Shown here: positions 46,342-55,064 of the stretch, piece after piece
How positions within the stretch are numbered: the first letter of the stretch is position 1
Layout of the letters: each line of letters starts with the position of its first letter
From: Gammaproteobacteria bacterium
Lineage (GTDB): Bacteria > Pseudomonadota > Gammaproteobacteria > Chromatiales > Chromatiaceae
Assembly (NCBI GenBank): GCA_020445315.1
Contig: JAGRGW010000009.1
Location: 1 to 55,064, forward strand
Length of the DNA: 55,064 nt
Reading direction: 5' to 3'
Made by a program: the position numbers and the translations under genes
Notes under the pieces: generated by a model
What the model was told of the DNA's origin: nothing
The model's database searches: none
What the model saw: only the letters and a program-made list of their open reading frames with translations

Positions 46342-48581
46342 CAGATCAGCTCGACATCGGCCATGACCTCGACCAGCGCAGGCCCGTCACAGGCCAGCGC
46401 CCGCTGCATGGCATCGACGAGCTCATCCGCGGTTTCGACCCGGATTCCGAGGCCACCGCACGCGTCGGCGAAGGCCGCAAAGCTCGGATTGCGCAACGCC
46501 GTCTGCCATACCGGCCAGTGCCCGGCACGCTGCTCCTTGCTGATCTTGCCGAGTTCGGCGTTGTTCAGCAGCACGTGTACCAGCCGCATGCCGTAGTGCA
46601 CCGCGGTGGTGAACTCGGCCATGTACTGGCCGAAACCGCCGTCACCGCCGATCGAAACGACCTGGCGCCCGCGATACTCTTTCTGGGCCTGGGTGGCCGC
46701 CCACGCCCCCATTGCCGCCGGGAAACCGAACCCGATCGAACCGAGGTAGCCGGACATCAGCACGCGCTGCCCGCGGCATTCGAAATAGCGACCGAAAGAG
46801 TAGGTGTTGTTGCCGACGTCCACGGCAATCACGGCGTCGTCTGGCAACAGGTTCGACAGTGCCTCGAACAGCACGGCGGAATTCATACCCTTGCCGCGGT
46901 CGCGCTGCCGCCTCGCCGCTTTCTCGTCGCGCCAGATACGCCAACGCTCGGCCAGTTCCGGCCGCTGGTCGACCGAGCCGGTGTCGGCGGGCAGCGCCCG
47001 CCACAGCCACTCGGCGGTCAGGCCGATCTCGCCAAGTACCGGCAATTCGACAGCGTGGAACTTGCCCAGCGTCATCGGATCGAAATCGACCTGGATAATC
47101 GCTTTCTTGGCGCTGATGCCGGTGTGGTTCGAGAAGCTGGCGCCGAATACCAGCAGCAGGTCGCTCTCGTTCATGCACCAACTGGCGACCGGCGTACCGC
47201 TGCGACCGAGGACACCGGCGGCCAGCGGGTGGTCGTCGCTGACCTGGCCCTTGGCCTTGAAGGTCGTCAGCACCGGTGCCTTCAACCTGTCGGCCAGTTC
47301 GAGGATGTACTGCATGCGGTCGAGCGCACCGTAGCCGACGATGATGACCGGGCGACGCGCATCCTTGAGCATCTGCAGCGCGGCACCGAGACTGTCCACC
47401 GAAGGCAGCATGTGGCGGTCACCGAGACGACCGGCCGGGCCGCCCGCCTCCGCCCCGTCGGCGGCGGGCAACGTCTGTACCTCGTCGGGGAAGATCAGGT
47501 GCGCGACGTCGCGATCGACGATGGCGTGCTTGCAGGCCAGGTTCACCAGTTCGACCGGCTTCGAGTCGCGCAGCACCGTCTGGCTGAAGCGGGCGACCGG
47601 GGCAAACGCGCTGGCCAGGTCGATCTCCTGAAACGCACCCGGCCCGAGCACCTGCGTATTGACCTGCCCGGTCAGTGCGAGCACCGGTGCGCGATCGACC
47701 TTGGCGTCCCACAACCCGGTCAGCAGGTTGGTCGCACCGGGCCCGGCAATGCTGAGGCAGGCAGCCGGCTTGCCGGTCAGCTTGGCGTAACCGGACGCGG
47801 CAAAGGCTGCCGCGCCTTCGTGCCGGATGCCTATGTACTGCAGCCTGCCCTGCTCTTCCTGCAGCCGCAACGCATCGGCCAGGCCGAGGTTGGAGTGCCC
47901 GACCATACCGAACACGTGGGTGACGCCCCAGTTGACCATCGTTTGCGCCACCAGGTCGCTGACCGTTTCCTGGTGATCGGTCGACTCCTGTACCGCGACG
48001 TAGACGCCGTCGTCGCGCTCCTCGACCGGGTAGGTCTTCACACCGTCGTCATGCGCCCCCGGCGACAGGCCGGTCAGCGGGTGGAAATCCCAGCCGTGCC
48101 ACGGGCAGCGCAACCAGCAGTCGTCGCCGCCGTCATTGCATTCGATGCTGCCCTCGCCAAGCGGCCCACCCTGGTGCGGACAGGCATTGTCCAGCGCCCC
48201 GATGTTGCCCTGGTGACAGGTCAGTGCGATCGACTGCGTCCCGGCCTGCACCGCGCGCACCTCGCCTTCGCGCAGCTCACCGGGTTCGGCGACCTTGTAC
48301 CAGGTGGTCTTGAGGCCATCCTGCGCTTCGAGCTGCTGCTGCGTGATCTGTTTGTGGGAACCGTCGCACAGCGGCGGGTTCCTGCTGTGCTTGCACAGGC
48401 AGAAGAAGACCTTGCCGTCCTTGTCCGCGGTGAACTCCATCGGCTCGAACCCGGTGCCCTGGTGTGAACCGTCACAGAAAGGCTGGTTCTTCGATCGGCC
48501 ACAACTGCACCACCAGACGGTCTGGCCTGCCTTGAGCTCGACGGCCATGGGCTTCGTGTCTGCAATATAAGGGTCCGACAT
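46341..48581 (-). CDS. ThDP-dependent pyruvate oxidase/acetolactate synthase-like enzyme with two N-terminal CDGSH domains and a Rieske domain
   Basis: CSCGRSKNQPFCDGSH and CLCKHSRNPPLCDGSH; Rieske CPHQGG..CPWHG; GIRHEGAAAFAA; GPGATNLLTGLWDA; GDGGF..N ThDP motif; CGGAGG RBS. Confidence 0.9.
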   Translation of the reverse strand: MSDPYIADTKPMAVELKAGQTVWWCSCGRSKNQPFCDGSHQGTGFEPMEFTADKDGKVFFCLCKHSRNPPLCDGSHKQITQQQLEAQDGLKTTWYKVAEPGELREGEVRAVQAGTQSIALTCHQGNIGALDNACPHQGGPLGEGSIECNDGGDDCWLRCPWHGWDFHPLTGLSPGAHDDGVKTYPVEERDDGVYVAVQESTDHQETVSDLVAQTMVNWGVTHVFGMVGHSNLGLADALRLQEEQGRLQYIGIRHEGAAAFAASGYAKLTGKPAACLSIAGPGATNLLTGLWDAKVDRAPVLALTGQVNTQVLGPGAFQEIDLASAFAPVARFSQTVLRDSKPVELVNLACKHAIVDRDVAHLIFPDEVQTLPAADGAEAGGPAGRLGDRHMLPSVDSLGAALQMLKDARRPVIIVGYGALDRMQYILELADRLKAPVLTTFKAKGQVSDDHPLAAGVLGRSGTPVASWCMNESDLLLVFGASFSNHTGISAKKAIIQVDFDPMTLGKFHAVELPVLGEIGLTAEWLWRALPADTGSVDQRPELAERWRIWRDEKAARRQRDRGKGMNSAVLFEALSNLLPDDAVIAVDVGNNTYSFGRYFECRGQRVLMSGYLGSIGFGFPAAMGAWAATQAQKEYRGRQVVSIGGDGGFGQYMAEFTTAVHYGMRLVHVLLNNAELGKISKEQRAGHWPVWQTALRNPSFAAFADACGGLGIRVETADELVDAMQRALACDGPALVEVMADVELI

Positions 48582-48690
48582 CGCTTGCCTCCGGGTTTGG
48601 CTTGTCGTTGTTTTCGCGCGGGTAAGCAGGAATGGAACGATTCTGGCGAAGCACCCGTCGCAAATAACCCCACACCCTGCACGGTTCCCA

Positions 48691-49599
48691 CTACCGATCG
48701 GCTGACGGGTCACGCAAGACGCCGGGGCCTCCGGCAGCCGCCTCCCAGGCACACATCGCAGCTTTGCGCTCGCTGCCCCAGTGGTAGATGCCGATGTCGC
48801 CGCTCTCGCGCAGCACCCGGTGACACGGGATCAGAAAGGCCACCGGGTTGCAGGCCATCGCGGTGCCAACGGCGCGGGCGGCACGCGGCCGGCCCACCAG
48901 CGTGGCCAGCTGACGGTAGCTGAGCAGGCCGCCGGAGGGGACCTGCAGCAGTGCCCGCCACACCTGGATCTGGAAGTTCGTCCCACTGAGCCACAGCGAC
49001 AGGCCACCCCGTGCGCGGCCGGGATCCCGCCCGAACACCCGGCCCAGCACCGCCGCGGCCTGTGCATTGTCCTCGACCAGGTCGGCACCCGGCAGCGCCT
49101 TCCTCTGCTGCTGCAACCACAGTGAATGGTCGACATCGGGCAAGATGAACGACAGGTGACAGATGCCGCGCGCGGTCATCGCCACCCGTGCCGGTCCGAA
49201 CGGGGTTTCGCCAATGCCGTAGCGAATCGCCACCCCCCGCGCTGCGCGCCGAAACTCGCCCGGCGAGACCGCCTCCATACCGACGAACAGGTCGTGCAGG
49301 CGACCCGGGCCTGACAGGCCGGCATCCAGCGCCAGGCCGAGCAGGTCGCCGGTATCGCGCATCGCCTGCTTGGCGTACTCGACCGTCAGGTACTGCAAAA
49401 AGCGCTTCGGACTGATACCGGCCCAGCGCGTGAACAGGCGCTGCGTGTGCGACTCGCTCAGGCCGATGTGTTCGGCAAGCTGCGCCAGCGACGGCTGCAT
49501 TTTCTGCCGCAGGCGCAGGTACGCGATCGCGCGCTCGATACGCTCGAAATCGGTTTCCGGGCCGGCAAGGACCGGCCTGTCGTCGACCAGGGATTGCAT
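48691..49599 (-). CDS. AraC-HTH plus O6-methylguanine-DNA methyltransferase (Ada-like, without the N-terminal Zn domain)
   Basis: LSESHTQRLFTRWAGISPKRF, GTNFQIQVW, IPCHRV active site. Confidence 0.9.
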   Translation of the reverse strand: MQSLVDDRPVLAGPETDFERIERAIAYLRLRQKMQPSLAQLAEHIGLSESHTQRLFTRWAGISPKRFLQYLTVEYAKQAMRDTGDLLGLALDAGLSGPGRLHDLFVGMEAVSPGEFRRAARGVAIRYGIGETPFGPARVAMTARGICHLSFILPDVDHSLWLQQQRKALPGADLVEDNAQAAAVLGRVFGRDPGRARGGLSLWLSGTNFQIQVWRALLQVPSGGLLSYRQLATLVGRPRAARAVGTAMACNPVAFLIPCHRVLRESGDIGIYHWGSERKAAMCAWEAAAGGPGVLRDPSADR

Positions 49600-49742
49600 G
49601 CCCCGGACTCTAACCAATTCCGCCCGGGTGTCGACACCCGATTCTTGCTGGGCAAAGTCCGGAGTAACTGTATGCGAAACTTTCCTGATGGCGGCGTAGG
49701 CTTGGCTCAATGAACAGCAGGCGGCATTGAAGTCGGATCGCG

Positions 49743-50792
49743 ATGGACTCGGTCTCACAAGCAGCGCTCGGCGCCACGGTTGGGGTTGTCGTCATGGGCA
49801 GGTCGATACCGGTGTGGCGGGCTGCATTGGCCGGCGCCCTGGTCGGCACGCTGCCCGATCTCGACGTGTTCATCGACCAGGGTGACGAGATCCGCAACAT
49901 GGTCCTGCACCGCGCAGAGACCCACGCGCTGTTCTGGCAGGCACTGGCCACGCCGCTGATCGCGCTGGTGCTCGCCATGATGACCCGGACGCGCGAGCAC
50001 CTGACACGCTGGTGCCTGATGGTCCTGCTGGGGCTGGTGACGCATGCGCTGCTCGACGCCATGACAGTGTACGGTACTCGGCTCTGGTTGCCGTTCAACG
50101 ACGATCCCGTCGGGATCGGCAGCCTGTTCATCATCGATCCGCTGTATACCCTGCCGTTGCTGCTGGGCCTGCTGCTGGCACTCGTGATTCGCGGTGGCAC
50201 CCGGCGACGCTGGGCCACTGCCGGCCTGGCCCTGTCGACGCTGTACGCCGGCTGGTCGATCGCGGCGCAGCACCACGTGAGCGCGCGGGTACTGGCGAGT
50301 CCCGAGGCCACCGGCCTGTCACCGCAGCAAGTGCTGGTCACCCCGACGCCGTTCAACACGGTGCTGTGGCGCATCCTGCTGATGGACCGGGACAGCTACC
50401 GCGAGGGCTTTTACTCGCTCCTGGACCCCTACGTCGCACCCGGCCGCCCGATCCGGTTCACCCGGCACGACCGCGGCAGCCGGCACGAGGAGGCAACCGC
50501 CGCGTTTGCCGGGGCGAACCTGGTGCGCGAATTTTCCAGGGGCTTCTATGCGCTCTCCGACGATGGCCGCTACGCCTACGTTACCGACCTGCGCATGGGC
50601 CAGCACCCGTTCTTCGCGTTTTCGTTTGCCTTTGCGGAGCACCAGAGCCACCCACTGCGGGCGATAGACCCGATTCGCGTCACGAGGCGGATGCCCTTCG
50701 ACGCCGGCATGGCCTGGCTCCGACAACGCGCACTCGGTCACGAAGCCGCGCCACCGCAGCTCGACGCGAGCAGGTATGATCGCCGGCCGTGA
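49743..50792 (+). CDS. Metal-dependent membrane hydrolase (YdjM/DUF457-like)
   Basis: MDSVSQ, LPDLD, HRAETH, THALLDAMTVYGT, IIDPLYT. Confidence 0.88.
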   Translation: MDSVSQAALGATVGVVVMGRSIPVWRAALAGALVGTLPDLDVFIDQGDEIRNMVLHRAETHALFWQALATPLIALVLAMMTRTREHLTRWCLMVLLGLVTHALLDAMTVYGTRLWLPFNDDPVGIGSLFIIDPLYTLPLLLGLLLALVIRGGTRRRWATAGLALSTLYAGWSIAAQHHVSARVLASPEATGLSPQQVLVTPTPFNTVLWRILLMDRDSYREGFYSLLDPYVAPGRPIRFTRHDRGSRHEEATAAFAGANLVREFSRGFYALSDDGRYAYVTDLRMGQHPFFAFSFAFAEHQSHPLRAIDPIRVTRRMPFDAGMAWLRQRALGHEAAPPQLDASRYDRRP

Positions 50793-50821
50793 ATTCGTTA
50801 CCCGGTACGGACACAACCCCC

Positions 50822-51640
50822 ATGAACAAGCTGCTCTCATCCAGGCAACGCGTCGGACAGTGGATCGAGTCGGAGCGCGTACAGCATGTCATCATCGGTC
50901 TCATTATCCTCAACGCCGTCACGCTCGGGCTCGAGACGTCGTCGCGGGTGATGGAACAGGCCGGCGGGCTGCTGAAACTCGTCGACCGGTTGCTGCTGAG
51001 CGTGTTCGTCGCGGAGATCCTGGCCAAGCTCTACGCCTCGCGCGGGGCTTTCTTCCGCAACCCGTGGAACGTGTTCGATTTCCTCGTCGTCGGCATCGCC
51101 CTGATCCCCTCCAGTGGCCCACTTACTGTACTGCGTGTGCTGCGCGTGCTGCGGCTGGTATCGATGGTTCCGCGCTTTCGCTTCGTCGTCGAGTCGCTGC
51201 TGCGTGCGATCCCGGGCATCCTGTCGATCGCCGGCCTGTTGCTGATCCTGTTCTACGTCGCCGCCGTCATGGCGACCGGCCTGTTCGGTGAGCGCTTCCC
51301 GGACTGGTTCGGCAACATCGGCGAATCCATGTACACCCTGTTCCAGGTCATGACCCTCGAGAGCTGGTCGATGGGCATTGCGCGGCCGATCATCGACGTC
51401 TACCCCTGGGCCTGGGCCTTCTTCGTACCGTTCATACTGATCGCCACGTTCACCATGCTCAACCTGTTCATCGCCATCATCGTCAGCGCCATGCAGTCGA
51501 TGAGCGACGAACAGCAAAAGCAGGAAACCGAGCAGATCGGCCATCTGGTGCACGACGAGACCGAGACGCTGCAGACCCAGATCGCCGCCCTACACCGGGA
51601 GATGCGTGAACTGCGCGCCGCGATCGAACGGAAATCCTGA
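50822..51640 (+). CDS. Bacterial voltage-gated Na+ channel (BacNav)
   Basis: WNVFDF, S4 VLRVLRVLRL, selectivity filter TLESWSM, NLFIAIIV, C-terminal coiled coil; the ORF is open from GTG 50789. Confidence 0.93.
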   Translation: MNKLLSSRQRVGQWIESERVQHVIIGLIILNAVTLGLETSSRVMEQAGGLLKLVDRLLLSVFVAEILAKLYASRGAFFRNPWNVFDFLVVGIALIPSSGPLTVLRVLRVLRLVSMVPRFRFVVESLLRAIPGILSIAGLLLILFYVAAVMATGLFGERFPDWFGNIGESMYTLFQVMTLESWSMGIARPIIDVYPWAWAFFVPFILIATFTMLNLFIAIIVSAMQSMSDEQQKQETEQIGHLVHDETETLQTQIAALHREMRELRAAIERKS

Positions 51641-51712
51641 CGAAACCGGCATAAGGCTTGCCCCGGATCGGCCGCTAACCCCCTTGACGCAGGTAAATGC
51701 GGGGAGGGAAAC

Positions 51713-52024
51713 ATGCTTTCGAAAACGGTATTACTCGCCACCGTGCTGGCATCACTGTCAATCGGCGCGCAGGCAGACAAGATGACGGCCATGAAATCGG
51801 GCTGTATGGGTTGCCATCAACCGGACCGCGCCACGGTGGGGCCGTCGATCAGGGACATCGCCGCCAAGCACGGCGGCGACGCGGACGTCGACGCCCTTGT
51901 CGCCGTGGTCAAGAAAGGCAAGACGGCGGACGAACTGACCTGGGGCAAGATCCCGATGCCGGCCAGCCCGGCGCCGGAGGCCGACGTCCGCACGGTCATC
52001 AGCTGGATGCTTGCACAGCAATAG
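51713..52024 (+). CDS. Class I monoheme cytochrome c (c551/c552-like)
   Basis: Signal peptide, CMGCH, VGPS, WGKIPMP (Met ligand). Confidence 0.9.
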   Translation: MLSKTVLLATVLASLSIGAQADKMTAMKSGCMGCHQPDRATVGPSIRDIAAKHGGDADVDALVAVVKKGKTADELTWGKIPMPASPAPEADVRTVISWMLAQQ

Positions 52025-52123
52025 CGACTTCACTCCCGGGCATCGCATGCCGGGGTTTTACTGCGGACAACCGCTTGATAGTGTTGCCGACCATCGGCAC
52101 CAGGACTTGGATACGGCCACTCT

Positions 52124-53197
52124 ATGCTAAGTGACCTCATTGCGTGGAGCAGTCGGCTCTCCGCCGACCGCGGGATCTCGCGCGCCACCCAGATCGCAGA
52201 CATCCTGTCAGCCAGGCGGCAGGCCCGCATCGGCGTCAGCGAATATTACGAACTCGAGTTGTTCGACAGGCAGAAGTTCAGCGATCTGCACCGGTGCATT
52301 GGCCGCCACGGCAGTGCCCGCATCGACAGGCTGCTGAACAACGACTACTGGCGCGCCACGGCCAACGACAAGATCCTGAACTACGCACTGCTGGTCCACT
52401 TCGGCCTGCCGATCGCCGAGACCGTGGCGACCTTCAACGCTGGCCATGCCCGCATTGCGCAGGAACGGCGAATCGCCGATGACGATGCGCTGCACGCATT
52501 TTTTGCCGACAGCGATGCCTATCCCCTGTTTGCCAAGCCGGTCCACGGAAGCTACGGCAAGGGCACGTTTTCGCTGCAGTCGTACGACCCCGGCAGTCGG
52601 ACGTTCGTGGCCCCGAACGGTGGGCAGGTCTCACTGAACGACATCATCGAGGCAGGCCGCCGGCCACAATTCAAGGGATTGCTTATCCAGCGGACACTGC
52701 AGCCACACCCGACGGTGCTGGAGACCGTCGGACCCAGCACCAGTTGCGTCCGCGTGATACTGGTGCGGGACGGCGACGAGGCCTTCATACACTTTGCGTT
52801 CTGGAAGATCGCCCGGGCACACAACATCACTGATAATTTTTCTTACGGCCGCCATGGCAACCTGCTCGGCAGCGTCGATGTCGACAGTGGCGAGGTTAGG
52901 CGGGTCATCAACGGGCTGTGGCCCGACGGGCGCGATATCACCGATCACCCGGATTCCGGACAACCCCTGTCGGGTTTCGTTTTGCCGGACTGGCCGCGCG
53001 CCAAGGAAACGCTGATCGAGGCGTCGCACATCTTCCCCGGCCTGTCGCTGCAAAACTGGGATGTCGCCTTCTGCGAACAGGGCCCGGTATTACTCGAACT
53101 GAACACCGAGCCGGACCTGCAGGTGCCCCAGATGCTGGCGGGCACACCCTTCATTGATGATCGCCTGCAGGCGGTGCTGAACAGGGCGGGCTGGTAG
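52124..53197 (+). CDS. Sugar-transfer-associated ATP-grasp protein
   Basis: NDK, FAKPVHGSYGKG, LIQ..LQPHP, TDNF, HPDSG, WDVA..GPVLLELN. Confidence 0.8.
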   Translation: MLSDLIAWSSRLSADRGISRATQIADILSARRQARIGVSEYYELELFDRQKFSDLHRCIGRHGSARIDRLLNNDYWRATANDKILNYALLVHFGLPIAETVATFNAGHARIAQERRIADDDALHAFFADSDAYPLFAKPVHGSYGKGTFSLQSYDPGSRTFVAPNGGQVSLNDIIEAGRRPQFKGLLIQRTLQPHPTVLETVGPSTSCVRVILVRDGDEAFIHFAFWKIARAHNITDNFSYGRHGNLLGSVDVDSGEVRRVINGLWPDGRDITDHPDSGQPLSGFVLPDWPRAKETLIEASHIFPGLSLQNWDVAFCEQGPVLLELNTEPDLQVPQMLAGTPFIDDRLQAVLNRAGW

Positions 53198-53301
53198 GAG
53201 CCGGGCCGGGCTTGCCCTGACGCGGCAAAAATGAATCCTTGGACCGCAGGTTCCGCCGGCTATGACGCCGGTGTGCGCCTCGTTCCGGTCATCTCCCCCC
53301 T

Positions 53302-53338
53302 AAAAAAACCCTGCACGGTTATCACCGGCAGGGTTTTT
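53302..53338. terminator. Bidirectional intrinsic terminator
   Basis: AAAAAAACCCTGC..GCAGGGTTTTT between convergent genes. Confidence 0.8.
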
Positions 53339-53380
53339 CTGTACCTGCGCGGAGCGAATTCCGCCCCGCGCAGAGGCAGC

Positions 53381-53614
53381 TTACTCGCAGTCCTCGTCGA
53401 GCAGCACCGAGTATTCTTTCTTGTCGAGCGTGCCGTCGCCGTTCTTGTCCAGCGAAGCAAATTTCTTCTTCGACTTGGTGGCCTCGAACTCGGCGGCATC
53501 GACCATGCCGTCACCGTTGGTATCGGCTTTCTTGAAGCTCGGCGGGGCGGCGAATGCGACACTGGTGGCCAACAGCGCGGCAGCAGCCGCCAGGATCATG
53601 GAAGTGTTTTTCAT
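53381..53614 (-). CDS. Small secreted two-EF-hand protein
   Basis: Signal peptide ending AFA; EF loops DTNGDGMVDAAE and DKNGDGTLDKKE; tail DEDCE. Confidence 0.85.
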   Translation of the reverse strand: MKNTSMILAAAAALLATSVAFAAPPSFKKADTNGDGMVDAAEFEATKSKKKFASLDKNGDGTLDKKEYSVLLDEDCE

Positions 53615-53921
53615 GGATGTTTCCCTTCTCGTCGTTTGCGGGGTCAAGCCACGCGGGTTTGCTTTACAAAGGCGTCAAAAACTCAGGCACATAATTTAGG
53701 CTTTTTGCGCATACCGAGTCGAGCAAAATCCGGTAAGCGATAAAGAAATCACCGGTTTCGCTTAACCTCGGTCAAGTTCCGGTGTCATCAGCCGCGTGCC
53801 CAACGCTAAAAAGACATTTCCCGTGTGGTTAAGTTCCGCGTGGATTCTTTTCGTGGCCCGGGCTAAAGCGACACGGCGGGCGTTCCGTTAAAATCAGTGA
53901 GATACCGAGCAAGCCGTTGCC

Positions 53922-54335
53922 ATGGAACATCAATCCGACAACCGCCACGGGCGTCACCTCTACCTGCTGCTGGGCTGGACCTGCGTGGCACTGGGGCTGA
54001 TTGGCGTATTCCTGCCGCTGATGCCGACCACGGTGTTCATGCTGATCGCCGCCTGGGCGTTCGCACGTTCGTCGACACGCTGGCATCGCTGGCTGCGGGA
54101 ACACGCCCGCTTCGGCGAGGCGGTCCGGGCGTGGGAGGAGCACCACGCGATGCCGCGTCGGGCCAAGCGCATCGCATTCATAGCACTCGCCGTATCGTAC
54201 GCATTTACCGCGATCATCATGGGGCCTTTCTCGTGGGCCGCCATCATTGGCGGCGTCTGCATTGCCGGCGTGGCCATCTACATTGCGCACATCCCGGTAC
54301 TCGCAACAGTGGAGCACCAGGCCCGCAGAACTTGA
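53922..54335 (+). CDS. ybaN: YbaN/DUF454 inner membrane protein (second paralog)
   Basis: LGLIGVFLPLMPTTVFMLIAAWAFARSS..HRWL..HARFG. Confidence 0.88.
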   Translation: MEHQSDNRHGRHLYLLLGWTCVALGLIGVFLPLMPTTVFMLIAAWAFARSSTRWHRWLREHARFGEAVRAWEEHHAMPRRAKRIAFIALAVSYAFTAIIMGPFSWAAIIGGVCIAGVAIYIAHIPVLATVEHQARRT

Positions 54336-54359
54336 TTTCGGGCACGACCGGACGCACAT
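54331..54359 (+). promoter_or_regulatory. Possible sigma-32 promoter of htpX
   Basis: CTTGAT-N16-GCACAT resembles CTTGAA-N13-17-CCCCAT; htpX is an established heat-shock gene. Confidence 0.35.
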
Positions 54360-54396
54360 TCCCCGGTGCCGAAATCATTACCCGGAGTACGTTCAC

Positions 54397-55064
54397 ATGA
54401 TGCGTATCCTGCTCTTCCTGGGCACCAACATCGCGATCATCGCCCTGATCAGCGTGACCTTCCGCCTGCTGGGAATCGACAACCTGCTGGCACAGAACAA
54501 CGTCGACCTCGACATGAATGCATTGCTGATCTATTCGGCGATCATCGGGTTCTCGGGATCGCTGATCTCGCTGTTCATGTCCAAGTTCATGGCCAAGAAG
54601 ACCATGGGCGTCCACCTGATCGAGAAGCCACAGAACCGCGACGAGATGTGGCTGCTGAACACGGTTCAGCACCAGGCGCAGGCTGCCGGCATCAAGATGC
54701 CCGAGGTCGGGATATTCGAAGGTGGCCCGAATGCCTTCGCCACCGGCTGGAACCGCAACGACGCGCTGGTCGCGGTCAGCACGGGCCTGCTGCAGTCGAT
54801 GAACCACGACGAGGTCGAGGCGGTGCTCGCGCACGAGATCAGCCACGTCGCCAATGGCGACATGGTGACCCTGACCCTCATCCAGGGCGTGGTCAACACC
54901 TTCGTCGTGTTCTTCTCACGGGTTATCGGTCACGTCGTCGACCGGGTCGTTTTCAAGGTCGAGCGCGGGCATGGGCCGGCCTTCTGGATCACGTCGATGA
55001 TCGCCCAGTTCGTGCTGGGCATCCTGGCCTCGATGATCGTCATGTGGTTCTCGCGCTGGCGCGA
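54397..55064 (+). CDS. htpX: Protease HtpX (runs off the window end; absent from the ORF track)
   Basis: MMRILLFLGTNIA, SLFMSK, PNAFATG, VAVSTGLL, AHEISH (HExxH), GDMVTLTLIQGVVNTF, MWFSRWR. Confidence 0.95.
   Translation, partial: MMRILLFLGTNIAIIALISVTFRLLGIDNLLAQNNVDLDMNALLIYSAIIGFSGSLISLFMSKFMAKKTMGVHLIEKPQNRDEMWLLNTVQHQAQAAGIKMPEVGIFEGGPNAFATGWNRNDALVAVSTGLLQSMNHDEVEAVLAHEISHVANGDMVTLTLIQGVVNTFVVFFSRVIGHVVDRVVFKVERGHGPAFWITSMIAQFVLGILASMIVMWFSRWR

Noticed and set aside
46518-48467. 649-aa plus-strand ORF
   Set aside because: Antisense shadow of the ThDP enzyme gene.
1-55064. CRISPR array, IS elements or prophage genes
   Set aside because: No regularly spaced repeats with unique spacers, and no transposase, cas or phage protein motifs.

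Overview
A GC-rich chromosomal window, probably gammaproteobacterial (inferred from gene content), with no integrase, transposase or CRISPR array. It opens with an intact tRNA-Arg(CCG) at 202-278. Directly upstream lies a ~195-bp second copy of the tRNA 5' half whose D-loop is replaced by a 106-nt multi-hairpin insert; this is the most unusual signal in the window. The first part holds a secreted FG-GAP protein, a decayed EF-hand gene relic, a beta-carbonic anhydrase, YgbA, YbaN, an EF-hand protein, a 12-heme cytochrome c behind an FNR-like box, a TPR lipoprotein, and a spondin/PEP-CTERM protein with an OmpR regulator and a truncated sensor kinase. The middle holds a patatin-BamA (PlpD-like) protein, two MscK-like channels, an mrpEFGBCDD-orf-D antiporter operon without mrpA, an orphan hypF, a candidate anti-SD sRNA and pqiAABC. 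The last part holds zntB, an MFS transporter, fbaB, greB, a 2xCDGSH-Rieske-ThDP enzyme fusion, an Ada-like protein, a BacNav channel with only three S4 arginines, cytochrome c551/552, an ATP-grasp protein, a second EF-hand/YbaN pair and the start of htpX. All calls come from reading motifs by eye; no database searches were run.
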